NCBI GenBank assembly: GCA_038853715.1
Contig: JAWCJE010000010.1
Coordinates: forward strand, 378-64,377
DNA length: 64,000 nucleotides
Direction: 5' to 3'
From: Candidatus Nezhaarchaeales archaeon
GTDB taxonomy: Archaea > Thermoproteota > Methanomethylicia > Nezhaarchaeales > JAWCJE01
Shown here: positions 38,600 to 49,018 of the stretch, one piece after another
How positions within the stretch are numbered: the stretch's first letter is position 1
How the letters are laid out: every line of letters starts with the position of its first letter
The notes under the pieces: model-generated
What the model was told of the DNA's origin: nothing
Databases searched by the model: none
Seen by the model: only the letters and a program-made list of their open reading frames with translations
Program-made: the position numbers and the translations under genes

Positions 38600-39071
38600 C
38601 CTAACCCTTCCTCGATGAAGTAAGAAAACGGCTTAAGATAAGCTTACCTCTAAGGTTGATTAGATGATGTATGGAAGCGGTGTACGATTAACAAAACGCG
38701 TAAACTTGTTCCCCATCGCCTTCACCGTTAGCTTTAGGGAGACGCCGATTATCATATTGAAGGCCATGTATAGTAAACGTAATCTAAAGGGACCCTATTA
38801 CGCTCAAATAAACCAAGCTCACAAATCAACCTCCTAACACTAAACATGAAACAGTGCATGGAGGAGGAGACTTAAATACCTTAAGTTGCCAGGTCCGAGG
38901 CGGTTAAGGAGGCGGTTAAAATGGCTAAGGCATCCATTAAGCTAGCAGAGAAGGTTAAACTATCTGAGGAGGAAACGGTAAGGGCTAAGTGGGCTGTAAC
39001 TGAGAGGAAAGACCGTGTAATCACGTGCCCATATCCAAGAGTTCGGATAACGGTAAGGGGTGCGTTAAACG

Positions 39072-40357
39072 ATGTTTTTAATCGGTAGCTCGTACGGTAC
39101 TTTAGTAGGGTTAGCGAATCTTTCTTTCTTGATTATGGCATTGGTTATTAAGAGTCGAGTGCCACGTATCCCGGCATGGAGCGTGATGTCGTTCACGGCG
39201 TTTACTACGGTCGTTTTTAACATCGTTAGCTTTGACGATCTTGGAACCGTTATAGATATGGAGGTAATAATATTCCTAATCGGTATGTTCAGTATGGTTG
39301 GACTTGCTGAATCCTCCGGGTTACTTAACGCTATCGCGGCGTGGTTTGTAAGCAAATTTAAGCGTAGAAAATCTTTAATCTTCGGGTCATCAGTGCTGTT
39401 TGGCTTGCTGGCGGCTATAGCCGTTAATGATACCATAGCGTTAATGGGCCCGCCGATAATCTACACGATCTCCAAAGCGGCTAGAGTAAGGCCTAAAATG
39501 ATGTTCCTCCTACTAGCTTTCTCAATAACTATAGGCTCAGCCATGACCCCCATAGGGAACCCCAAAACGTTTTAATAGCTATTAAATCCGGTATGGAGGC
39601 TCCATTCATAACCTTCATCCATAAGCTTGTCATACCGACGCTGTTGAACCTCCTCATAACGCCGTACCTCCTTATGAAGATGTTTAAGGTTAAGGAAGGT
39701 GAGGCAAAACTACTCTTAATCCCCCACGAAGCTCTACGGAATCGTAAGGATGCTACGTTAGCAATTATTGGGTTAACCTCATCCATAGCGATACTCATCG
39801 CGAACGATATACTTGAACTTCTACATATGCCGCACGTGACTAAGAGGGGGTTCATACCGTTTATCGTGGCGGCTGGGATTTACCTTTTTTCGAGTGACCC
39901 GAGGAAACTTATATCGAACGTTGATTGGGGTACAATAGTTTTCTTCATCTCCATGTTTATAACTATGGAAGGTGTATGGAGAAGCGGGATCTTAACACCA
40001 TTACTTATGGCGTTATCAAGCTCCAAAGGTAGTGGGATTATGGATGCCCTTACCATATCGTTCGTATCGATAACGCTAAGCCAATTGATGAGTAACGTCC
40101 CCTTCGTTAAGCTCTTTACGAGGTATATGGAGGACTTAGGCTATGGAGCTGGAGACGTTAATGCATGGCTTACTCTAGCCGCAGCGTCGACGATCGCCGG
40201 TAACCTAACCATCCTAGGTGCAGCATCAAACATAATCATACTCGAGTACTTAGAATCAAAAATGAAGGTGACGATAGGGTTCGGTGAATTCCTAAAGTAC
40301 GGCTCCTTGGTGACGATTATAAATATTGCCGTATATTTACCGTTCCTCATTGCTTAA
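39072..40357 (+). pseudogene. ArsB/NhaD/CitMHS-superfamily permease interrupted by a frameshift (39072-39575 and 39593-40357)
   Basis: The two adjacent ORFs (167 + 254 aa) together match the size of an ArsB/NhaD permease. The first ORF ends in IGNPKTF*. Adding one A to the CCCCAAAACG run would give GNPKNVLIAIKSGMEAPFITF, which restores a GNPxNxLIA motif. The ORFs are in different frames, mod 3 = 0 and 2. Confidence 0.5.
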
Positions 40358-40647
40358 CAACTTTTAAACGATCCCACCTTACCCCTTTATTCCGAAAGTC
40401 AGGAACGTTCTTGTCAAGGTTTTAAACCTCGTAGGTGATTACGATTTCTGAGCCCTCCTCTGAATGGTCCTAGTTGTAATATCAAGAAGCTTCTTAGAGA
40501 GCTTTTTAAGAACCTATCGTAAGCCTTAAGTATGATTTTAAGAGAACAACGCGTACTACCGCTTAAACCCTCGTGGGAAAAGTGGCTAATGGTTTAGAAA
40601 GCGTGGTTTTACGATGAGGAAAAAAGTAGGGTGGCTTTAAAGTTCCT

Positions 40648-41604
40648 TTAGAGCTCTAGGGATCTCCTTAAGGCCTCCTGATTAATCTTACCATTGGTGA
40701 AGCTTTTGCCGGTGGTTTTACAGGTGACGGTTATCTTCCCGATGGTGAAGAAGGAGTTATCTAGCTTCGACCAGTCGAAGTTAACCGCTTTTAAAGCTTC
40801 GTATGATAGTTTACCGTAATCAGCCCAGGCGGTAGCGGGGGCTTTACTAAGCATTTCCTTCAATAGTGCTTCCTCCTCATCTATTAGGTAGCTTGCTACT
40901 CCTCCGTAGAGTAAGGCATCCTCCTGCTTAGCTGTTGAAACACCTACATCGGGGTGGGGCGGCATTATGGGCGCGCAACCACTAGCGAAAACAACATTCT
41001 TCGGGTCAAGCCCTAGGAACTCTAACCTGTAGAGGCCTGTTTCAGCTACTCTCCCTGATACTTGGACCGAGCCGGCCATGGATGCCGTGGTGGTTAAAAG
41101 TATGTAAAGGTTTTTAGGGTCTACCTTACAGTCCGTAGCTACTCGTTGAGCTACTTCATCGGTAGGTTTCCTCGTGGTTTCCATCACTATTACTGCTTCG
41201 TTATACTCATCTTTGTAGCCGACCTTCTCAAGAACCTTCTTCGGCTTAAGCGCTAAGGCTCTAGCAGGCCCTGAAGAGGGAGCGAAGAAGTCCCCTACCT
41301 TCACCATCCAACCGGCTAATTGACAGCCTAATAGCGAGATTGCTGGATGATCTGTTGCAACCACGATGCTCGGCATTTCGAGGTCTCCGTAGGACTTATA
41401 CGTTAACCAGCATTGAGCTAATCCTCCTAGACAGACTTCTGTTAGCTTTAACCCCGCTAGGTAGCCGCCAGCTGCTTCTAGGCCCGTATCTATAACTGTT
41501 GCTCCGCAGGGTAGCTTCTCAACCTTCACCCTATACTCTTCAGGGTGGTTTAAGAGTTCGTTTACAACCCTCATGGCTAACCTATTAACGCTTATCCCCG
41601 GCAT
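40648..41604 (-). CDS. mch: Methenyl-tetrahydromethanopterin cyclohydrolase
   Basis: The N-terminus SVNRLAMRVVNELLNHPEEYRVKVEKLPCGATVIDTGLEAAGGYLAGLKLTEVCLGGLA matches the Mch family. It is 318 aa. Confidence 0.8.
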   Translation of the reverse strand: MPGISVNRLAMRVVNELLNHPEEYRVKVEKLPCGATVIDTGLEAAGGYLAGLKLTEVCLGGLAQCWLTYKSYGDLEMPSIVVATDHPAISLLGCQLAGWMVKVGDFFAPSSGPARALALKPKKVLEKVGYKDEYNEAVIVMETTRKPTDEVAQRVATDCKVDPKNLYILLTTTASMAGSVQVSGRVAETGLYRLEFLGLDPKNVVFASGCAPIMPPHPDVGVSTAKQEDALLYGGVASYLIDEEEALLKEMLSKAPATAWADYGKLSYEALKAVNFDWSKLDNSFFTIGKITVTCKTTGKSFTNGKINQEALRRSLEL

Positions 41605-41706
41605 ACCGATCCATCCACACGCATAAGGCGCTGGCTTTAATAGGTTTTGATCAAGTTTTCCGCTCGAAACTCCACTGGAAATGTGAGTTGAAACATTAAG
41701 TATGAC

Positions 41707-42558
41707 TTGAACCGTCCTTCTCTAACTCGTGGCGAGGCTCATTTACGCTACCACTTAATAAGCTTATACGCTATTAAACTGTTAAGAGGCTGGTTTAACG
41801 TGAGCGTTAAGGTCGAGATTTACGGTATAAAGGTTAATGGTGAAGTGAAGGAGGGGGAGGATCTCGCGCGCTTAATTGTTGAGGAGGCGGAGCGTCAAGC
41901 TAACGGGTTACTCGATGGCGACGTGGTAGTTGTAACCTCGAAGATAGTGGCTAAAGCTGAAGGTAGGCTGGTAAACCTGAAAAGGGTCCGTCCATCGGCC
42001 TTCGCTAAAAACCTAGCTAGGTATACTGGTAAACCGGCTACGCTTATCGAAGTCATTCTTAGGGAGTCGAGGTCTATAACAAGGGTTAGGAGGGGTACGA
42101 TAATAGTTGAAACGAAGCATGGGTTTATCTGTGCGAACGCTGGTGTGGATAGGTCAAACGTGAAGCCGGGCTTCCTAACGCTACTACCTAAGGATCCTGA
42201 TAGGTCGGCCCAGATGCTGAAAAGTAGGATTAAGGAGTTAACGGGTAGAGACGTAGCCGTGATAATATCGGATACTCAAGGAAGGCCCTTCCGAGAGGGG
42301 CAGGTGGACGCTTCCATAGGTCTAGCCGGGCTTGAACCTATTAACGATTTAAGGGGGCTTGAAGACCTTTACGGGTATAGGTTAAGGGTTAAACGTATAG
42401 CGATTGCTGACGAACTAGCCGCTGCAGCCGAATTAGTTATAGGGCAAGCTAGTGAAGGTATACCGATAGCCGTAATTAGAGGCGTAAAGTATCGTAGCTC
42501 TGAAAAGGCTACGGTTAAAAGGCTACTCCGCCCAAAGAGAAGAAGCCTCTTCTTGTAG
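41707..42558 (+). CDS. cofE: Coenzyme F420-0:L-glutamate ligase
   Basis: It has CofE motifs VVTSKIVAKAEGR...ETKHGFICANAGVDRSNV...SDTQGRPFREGQVD. Confidence 0.7.
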   Translation: MNRPSLTRGEAHLRYHLISLYAIKLLRGWFNVSVKVEIYGIKVNGEVKEGEDLARLIVEEAERQANGLLDGDVVVVTSKIVAKAEGRLVNLKRVRPSAFAKNLARYTGKPATLIEVILRESRSITRVRRGTIIVETKHGFICANAGVDRSNVKPGFLTLLPKDPDRSAQMLKSRIKELTGRDVAVIISDTQGRPFREGQVDASIGLAGLEPINDLRGLEDLYGYRLRVKRIAIADELAAAAELVIGQASEGIPIAVIRGVKYRSSEKATVKRLLRPKRRSLFL

Positions 42559-43310
42559 GGGATGCTTCAAGGTAGGGGTATCGTCAAGTTAACGAGTAGG
42601 AGCCGCGTATAGTTAATGAGTCAACTTGACAGCAGCTATGTAGGGTGTTTGCAGTAGTTCATTACCTCCTGGCTATTGAGTTTATTACGTTTAGTATTGT
42701 TGTGAATGTTTTATCCGGTTTAGGGAACCCCTTTTTAGTCTAGTTTTAACGATCTGAATACTTATTCTACCTAAATTCGAACGTTACGTGTTTACGTTTA
42801 GCTTTAACGTATTCTAACGCGTTATACCATGGCCCTCCGCCGTATACGTATCAGCGTTAAAACCAAGCCTACCTACAATCCTTAACGCATCTATGGAAGC
42901 TCTACCATCAAAGCTTACGCAAACCCCTATGATTCGTTTAAAGTTTAAACCTCCTATAAACTAAGCCAATTTCATCCATAGCTACAAGCCTAACCTTAAG
43001 CCTTAGATAAGGAATACCAATAACTACATAAACTCATGAAGGGAAAACCGTACTTAAATGAAGCAGCCCTATAGGATAAATCCGGGTAATAATCTATTAA
43101 CGTTTTAACCATATCAACGGAAGAGTTGCAATCACCGTAGGGTTTAACCAAAGGTATACCTAGTAGGGTTTGAACTAAGCGTTCCCTAATAATCCTAGAA
43201 ACCGATAGACTGATACATATATGTAGGTGTGAAAAACTATTTAAGCTCCTTAATGCTCTACTAGCTGGACCTTTAGCGAAGTATAAGCACATCTTCAGGC
43301 GGAGAGTAAC

Positions 43311-43667
43311 ATGAGCGGAGGAACTACTGAGGAGAAAAAGCCTGTAGAGGAGAAAAAACCGCCAGTTAAAAAACCTGCGCCACCACTAAAACCCATAAGT
43401 GAAAATACTGTTCTAGTGGGGCGTAAGCCCGTAATGAACTACGTTTTAGCCACCGTTATGCAGTTCAATCAAGGTGCCGACAAGGTTATCGTTAAAGCGC
43501 GAGGACGAGCTATATCGAAGGCCGTTGATGCGGTAGAAATCGTAAAGATGCGCTTCCTAACGGACCAAGTTGAAGTCAAGGATGTAAAGGTCGGCACCGA
43601 GAAGGTAGGCGAAACAGGGCAGGAGCGCAACGTATCTACCATCGAGATAGTGATGGGTAGGAAGTAA
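43311..43667 (+). CDS. albA: Alba DNA/RNA-binding protein with a Lys/Pro-rich N-terminal extension
   Basis: Its core [48 protein letters not shown]...[10 protein letters not shown] matches Alba. It is preceded by a 30-aa extension, [22 protein letters not shown]. Confidence 0.8.
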   Translation: MSGGTTEEKKPVEEKKPPVKKPAPPLKPISENTVLVGRKPVMNYVLATVMQFNQGADKVIVKARGRAISKAVDAVEIVKMRFLTDQVEVKDVKVGTEKVGETGQERNVSTIEIVMGRK

Positions 43668-43689
43668 CCGTTAAACGGAAACAACCTCG

Positions 43690-43715
43690 AACAATCTCCT
43701 ATTTCTCTCTTATTT
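43690..43715 (+). terminator. Oligo-T terminator downstream of the Alba gene
   Basis: The sequence CTCCTATTTCTCTCTTATTTTTTTCTTTGTTCC lies immediately after the stop codon. Confidence 0.4.
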
Positions 43716-44750
43716 TTTTCTTTGTTCCTTAACCTTAGGGCCTACGTAGGGGGATGGCCTTCACGTACCTTCACGTATATCGTTGTTTATCATATCCACT
43801 ACGATTAATGACTTTAAGCCTAACGCCTCTAAACCTAAAGGAGGCATGGGTAGGGCGATCTTAGCTTAACTCTACGTAGCTTGCCTCATTTATTCTTAAA
43901 ATAGTGTCGATAGCAATTAGCGTGGATGGAGCGCCATGCTTAAACGTGTTTTATTGAAGGCCTGTTAAAGAGCGTACTCAAACACCCGTAGATAGTGACG
44001 TAAAGCTTTACAACGCGCTCGGCGTAACCATTGACTGCGAAGCTTCAGTATGTACACAGAAGAGTAAATGGAGAGCCGCGGAGTTCAGGGTTACACTATA
44101 CAACGAGAAAGCATACGTCCTTAAGCCGCCGTACGATGCGCTTAAACAACACGGGTACAGAGTATACCTGTATAGGGCGTCTAAAGGCAGAACAATAAGC
44201 TACGGTAGCTTCAGCAACGACTATCGCCACATCGGAGTATGCGCTAAAGATCATGTTAAGCGCCTCCCAGAGAACGTTGAACTAATGCTTCCACAGAAAC
44301 AGCTTAACCGTTTCCCTCGTACTAGTAAATACGAGCGTCGATATTCATCAGGTTGACGTCTATTGAGGAGTCGAAACCCGTTCTACCGGGTTTAAGGGCT
44401 TCTGGACCCGGAAGTAAGCCTCAATAAGCCTTTCAAGCCCCTAAACGCTTTATCGTACTTCATCTTTAACGCTTCAACTAGAAACTCCAGTAGAAGCAAA
44501 GGTTCTTAACCAATATTTCTACTGGAGGCTCCGCTGGAAACGCCGGTTTCTTAACATTAGCTTCTACCAGAGGCTTTATCCTCCATTATCCTTAGCGAAG
44601 CCGATCGATCCGCCTAAGGTTATGTTACTCAACGTATTCCCTTAGGTTCAGCGTTAGGCCGTTTCTCCTCGATTCATAGGGTTGCGTAAGTTTAATATTG
44701 ATGGAAACCTCCGTTAAAGGGAGGTAGTTTGGTTCATCAGTGATGGCTAC

Positions 44751-45869
44751 ATGGCTTCATCCTTTATACCGATAAATAAGCCTATAATGGGCGACGAGGA
44801 GGTTGAAGCAGTTAAGCAGGTAATAGCTTCAGGTATATTAACCGATTGGAGGCCCCAAGGAGGGCCCATGAATAGAAGGTTTGAGGAGTGTTTCGCTTCC
44901 TTCATAGGGGTAAGGTACGCGGTAGCTGTAAGCTCTGGAAGCGCTGCGCTTCACGCTGCGCTTTTAGCAGCAGGCGTAAAACCGGGTGATGAGGTTATTG
45001 TTCCTGCTTTCACGTTTCCAGCTACAGCTAACATGGTCCTTATGGCTGGGGCTAAACCGGTTTTCGCCGATATAAGTACGGAAACCTACAATATCGACCT
45101 TGAATCCGTGAAAAAGCTTATATCGGCTAGGACGAAGGCGATAATTCCCGTTCACCTTTACGGGCTACCGGCTGACATGGATCCGGTGATGGAGTTAGCT
45201 GAAGAACACGGCCTAATGGTTATTGAAGACGCGGCCCAAGCCCATGGAGCCAAGTATAAGGGTAGGTATACCGGTACGCTAGGACATATGGCTTGCTTCT
45301 CCTTCTACCCCAGTAAGATAATATCGACCGGCGAAGGAGGTATGGTAACAACTAACGACGAGGAGCTAGCTCTTAAGCTGCGAAGCATTAGAACCCATGG
45401 ACAAGTTAAGGGTTTTGATTCTAAAATCTTAGGCCATAACTATCGTATGCCGGAGATCGAAGCGGCCATAGGCCTAGTTCAAATGAAGAGGCTACCAGGC
45501 TTCCTCGAGGCTAGGAGGCGTAACGCGAAGCTATTAACCGAGGGGCTTTCGGACCTAGACGAGTTAAAGCTACCTGTTGAGCCGCCCGGGTTAAACCATT
45601 GCTGGTACCTTTACACGGTGAGGCTTACTAAGCGGCAATACCTTAGGGATTTAATCGTTAAAAGGCTTAATCAAGCTGGTATAGGGGCTGCTATCTACTA
45701 TGAAACCCCGGTTCCCCTTCTACCGCTCTACAGTAGGCTTCGTAGGCGTAGTACTTACCTTAACGCGATAGTAGCTTCTAGATCGGTTTTTCAGCTTCCA
45801 GTCCATCCAGGCGTTTCGGAGGAACAAGCCTTAAACATTACTAAGGAGGTGAAGAAGGCTTTAACTTGA
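44751..45869 (+). CDS. DegT/DnrJ/EryC1/StrS-family PLP-dependent sugar aminotransferase
   Basis: It shows typical family conservation throughout, including SGSAALHAAL and a probable PLP-Lys region (FSFYPSKII). It is 372 aa. Confidence 0.8.
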   Translation: MASSFIPINKPIMGDEEVEAVKQVIASGILTDWRPQGGPMNRRFEECFASFIGVRYAVAVSSGSAALHAALLAAGVKPGDEVIVPAFTFPATANMVLMAGAKPVFADISTETYNIDLESVKKLISARTKAIIPVHLYGLPADMDPVMELAEEHGLMVIEDAAQAHGAKYKGRYTGTLGHMACFSFYPSKIISTGEGGMVTTNDEELALKLRSIRTHGQVKGFDSKILGHNYRMPEIEAAIGLVQMKRLPGFLEARRRNAKLLTEGLSDLDELKLPVEPPGLNHCWYLYTVRLTKRQYLRDLIVKRLNQAGIGAAIYYETPVPLLPLYSRLRRRSTYLNAIVASRSVFQLPVHPGVSEEQALNITKEVKKALT

Positions 45870-45947
45870 AGCCAGTAATAGTTTAAGCCCACGTGTTCGT
45901 AGCCCGGTTAACTCTTCAATCGTTGAAGCGAGGCTCGATATAACGTC

Positions 45948-46799
45948 ATGAAAGGTCTCCGCCTTAAAAGGGTAAGGACGCCCTTCTGGCTTCCGAGGGT
46001 TAATTTAAAGCATGAAATCCTTAAGTCATTAGATGGCGTTGTTCGTCCGGGTCACGTGGTGGTATTATCGGAGAAGGCTCTCTCGGTGGCCCTAGGTTTA
46101 ATAGTGGATGAGGGCTTGGTTCGTCCAAGTTTAGCGTCGAAGGTATTCACGTTCCTATGGATGCGTCTAGTATGGGGCTACCTTTTAGGGCCTTTATGCG
46201 GCCTTAAACGCTCAACGCTAAACGCGCTTAGGAAGTATCCGATTAGGGAGGGCGCGGCTCATAAACAGTTGGTGTTAAGGGTTGCGGGAATCATGCAGGC
46301 CTTTAAACCCTTTTCGGAGGGTGGTATTGACGGTAGCAACCTTCCATATAGGTATGTTAGCTTACCATTACCTAACCCGCAGGAGCTAGCGGAAGAGGTT
46401 AAGGGGTGGGTGAAGGCTGGGTTAGGTGTTGATGTATCTGTGGCGATAGTTGATAGTGATAGGACCTACGTGTTTAAAGGTACGCCTTTAAGGTTTTCAG
46501 CTAGGAAGACCTACGTTAAGGGGTTGGTGTCATTAGGCTTTCTAGCCTATATCGCTGGCCGCTTATTAAGGAGGTGGGTTAAACCCTTTGCAACGCCTCT
46601 TGCGCTAGCTGGTTTAAAGCTACCAATTGATACGTTATTACTAATAGCGGAGGCCGCGGATAGGTTAAGGGGTTATGGTGCTGGTCGAAACGTGTTTGAA
46701 ATGGCGGAACGCTTTAAAACTTCGATAAACGGGGTAACGTGGAGTATGATTAGAAGCGTAAAACATTACCCAATTATACTAGTTGAAACTTTAAAATGA
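45948..46799 (+). CDS. CofE-like (F420-0:gamma-glutamyl ligase family) divergent paralog
   Basis: It has GGIDGSNLPY...VDSD motifs reminiscent of the CofE GxDxSN motifs but is otherwise divergent. It is 283 aa. Confidence 0.35.
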   Translation: MKGLRLKRVRTPFWLPRVNLKHEILKSLDGVVRPGHVVVLSEKALSVALGLIVDEGLVRPSLASKVFTFLWMRLVWGYLLGPLCGLKRSTLNALRKYPIREGAAHKQLVLRVAGIMQAFKPFSEGGIDGSNLPYRYVSLPLPNPQELAEEVKGWVKAGLGVDVSVAIVDSDRTYVFKGTPLRFSARKTYVKGLVSLGFLAYIAGRLLRRWVKPFATPLALAGLKLPIDTLLLIAEAADRLRGYGAGRNVFEMAERFKTSINGVTWSMIRSVKHYPIILVETLK

Positions 46800-46811
46800 A
46801 AAAGGGTTAAT

Positions 46812-47741
46812 TTACTTGTAGAACTTCCTCGCCGCTTCAATAGCTTCCTTATTGAATACCTTAAAGGGCCCCAGTTTCCCTCCGAAGTTTACGGCTGTAA
46901 TCTTTTTAACGCCCGATACCTTAGCGGCGGCTAGTATCCCTACTCCTTGCGCTATTTTAACGCTTTCGGCGTTCAACCCGTTAATGACGATTTCAAGTAC
47001 GCTTTTAACTTCTAAGGGGACCTTGGATTCCGATACCTTATCCTTTATGGTTGGGCAGAAGAGATGGTTTGTACTGGCTGGAAGCTTAGGATACTTTAAC
47101 GAGCCGACCTTCGAGCCGCTTCTAACTATGCCTCCTGGGAAGGGCATAATTACGTTTCTACAGGTCTTCCTGATGGCTTCGACGGCGGCCATAGCCCCCT
47201 TTAACGCTGAATCCTCGCTATCACCCATAACTATAATGTTTCCTCCAGCTACACCCTTCACTACGCCTAAGGTGTCTTCAACTAGGAACCATCCCTGCAT
47301 AACCGGTATCCTATACATGGTCCTTCCGTACACCTTTTCAACGGCCTCGAAGCCGTCGCCGAACTTACCTACGGCGCTACCTATATGCATCTTCCTCTTG
47401 GCTTGAGGTATACCGTCGAACGCGGCCGTGGTTGGACACGTTAAAATGCATTGCCCCAGCCTTGCCAACACTTGGAACTTTAACTCGGGTACTGTGTTAT
47501 GGTATATGTGGATTAAGGCGCCCGGCCTACCATCAGGTGTTTCCTCGGGGCTTAATAGCCTTTCAACACCTGCTTCAGCCGGAGACATTATTATAGAGCT
47601 GGCGAAGCCGGTGGCTACTTGAGCCGCTGTTGTAGCCCAGTATTCATCACGCGCGGTAATCAGTATGCGCGTGCCAACCATTGGAAACGCTTCAGCAAAT
47701 GTATCCTCAACTTCAACTCCGTCCACGGTAAATGAGGACAT
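46812..47741 (-). CDS. ftr: Formylmethanofuran:tetrahydromethanopterin formyltransferase
   Basis: The N-terminus VDGVEVEDTFAEAFPMVGTRILITARDEYWATTAAQVATGFASSIIMSPAEAG matches Ftr. It is 309 aa. Confidence 0.8.
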   Translation of the reverse strand: MSSFTVDGVEVEDTFAEAFPMVGTRILITARDEYWATTAAQVATGFASSIIMSPAEAGVERLLSPEETPDGRPGALIHIYHNTVPELKFQVLARLGQCILTCPTTAAFDGIPQAKRKMHIGSAVGKFGDGFEAVEKVYGRTMYRIPVMQGWFLVEDTLGVVKGVAGGNIIVMGDSEDSALKGAMAAVEAIRKTCRNVIMPFPGGIVRSGSKVGSLKYPKLPASTNHLFCPTIKDKVSESKVPLEVKSVLEIVINGLNAESVKIAQGVGILAAAKVSGVKKITAVNFGGKLGPFKVFNKEAIEAARKFYK

Positions 47742-47860
47742 GGGTTTGCACCCCCTCTGAATACGTATAGCTATTTATAAAGTTTGATCCCGCCATAACT
47801 TTCCATATACCGATACTCTAAGGCTAACGTTCTCAGGCTTTTCCAGCCTTCCTCTTCAAT

Positions 47861-49018
47861 ATGCTTCGAAGCCTTAGCCCCTTCCTACTTATCTGCTTAA
47901 TATGCATACTCAAATACAAGCATATACCTCTCTATATCCGGGGCTACCGATTGTCTAGGGCGGCAGCGATAATCCTAGCTGGAGGTATGGGTAGACGTTT
48001 TCAGCTTCCCCAGCAGCCTTGGAGGGATAAGGCTTTGGAGGTTGTTAACGGTAAACCCATGCTGAGGCGCGTGGTTGAAGCGGCGTTAAGTTTTACCGAT
48101 GAGGTCATAGTTACCGTTAACTCCTTAAGTAGGAAGCTAATCTACGAGAAGCTCCTAGAAGGGTTAAGCGGGGTGAAGGTGGCCGTTGATGGAGGCGGTA
48201 TGGCTTCAGGCCCCTTAATAGGGTTGAGGACTGGTTTAAAGTGGCTAACGGCGGAGAAAGGCGTATCGATACCTTGCGATTCACCCTTCATTTCACCATC
48301 CATACTAAGCTATTTAGCGCAAGCGGTGGATGGCGTGGATGTGGCTATGCCTGTTTGGGGTAATGGGAGGCTTGAACCCTTATTTCTAGCTTTAAGGAGG
48401 GCGATCGTAGGCGTGGGGGTCGATATCCTAGTTAAGCTCGGTAGGAGGAGGCCTGACGACCTTATTAGGATCGGTTTAAGGACGCGTTTAATACCTGTAG
48501 GCGAGCTTAAAACCTTGGATCCGGAGCTTAAAACCTTCGTTAACGTAAATCGGCCTGAAGACCTATTAGTTAAACGGATCGCTAGTATTAATGATACGCC
48601 TAGGGCTTCTCTTCAAACCCTTGAGGCTCATCAAATTCCGCTTGAGAGGCTTAAAGAATTAAGCGTGGCTCTACCGTTAACAGGCTTTAAAGACTTAAAG
48701 TCTATCGAGGAGGTCTTCGTTGGATCGCCCTTCATTATCGGGGCCTTATATGAGCAGGTTGGCTTCGCTGAGTTAAACCGTAACCCTCAAGAAGCTTTAG
48801 GAGCGTTAAGGTACGCCTCCCTACAATACCTTATCGAGGCGGACTTCTACGAGGCTAAGGGGCTTTTATCGCTGGCTGGACACGCCTTAACGGATGCTTA
48901 CCGCTGCTTAAAGCCTTTAAACGGGGTTAAGGCTGAAGCAGTATTGAGTCGTGCTTTAAAGACCTACAGCAAGGTAGGGCTTAGAAGGAAGGGAGGTAAA
49001 GCCGTTGACGAAGCCTAG
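47861..49018 (+). CDS. MobA-like molybdenum cofactor guanylyltransferase with a roughly 190-aa C-terminal extension of unknown function
   Basis: It has the NTP-transferase motif AAIILAGGMGRRF. Its stop overlaps the fdhD start. Confidence 0.5.
   Translation: MLRSLSPFLLICLICILKYKHIPLYIRGYRLSRAAAIILAGGMGRRFQLPQQPWRDKALEVVNGKPMLRRVVEAALSFTDEVIVTVNSLSRKLIYEKLLEGLSGVKVAVDGGGMASGPLIGLRTGLKWLTAEKGVSIPCDSPFISPSILSYLAQAVDGVDVAMPVWGNGRLEPLFLALRRAIVGVGVDILVKLGRRRPDDLIRIGLRTRLIPVGELKTLDPELKTFVNVNRPEDLLVKRIASINDTPRASLQTLEAHQIPLERLKELSVALPLTGFKDLKSIEEVFVGSPFIIGALYEQVGFAELNRNPQEALGALRYASLQYLIEADFYEAKGLLSLAGHALTDAYRCLKPLNGVKAEAVLSRALKTYSKVGLRRKGGKAVDEA

Noticed and set aside
39065-39855. Minus-strand ORFs (39065-39436 and 39529-39855) overlapping the permease
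   Set aside because: Both lie antisense to the TM-helix-encoding permease frames and are hydrophobic mirror ORFs.
42996-43292. A 98-aa minus-strand ORF upstream of the Alba gene
   Set aside because: It lies in an AT-rich promoter region and the translation has no recognisable features, so it is probably spurious.
46852-47406. A 184-aa plus-strand ORF inside ftr
   Set aside because: It lies antisense to a gene with near-canonical Ftr sequence and is a shadow ORF.
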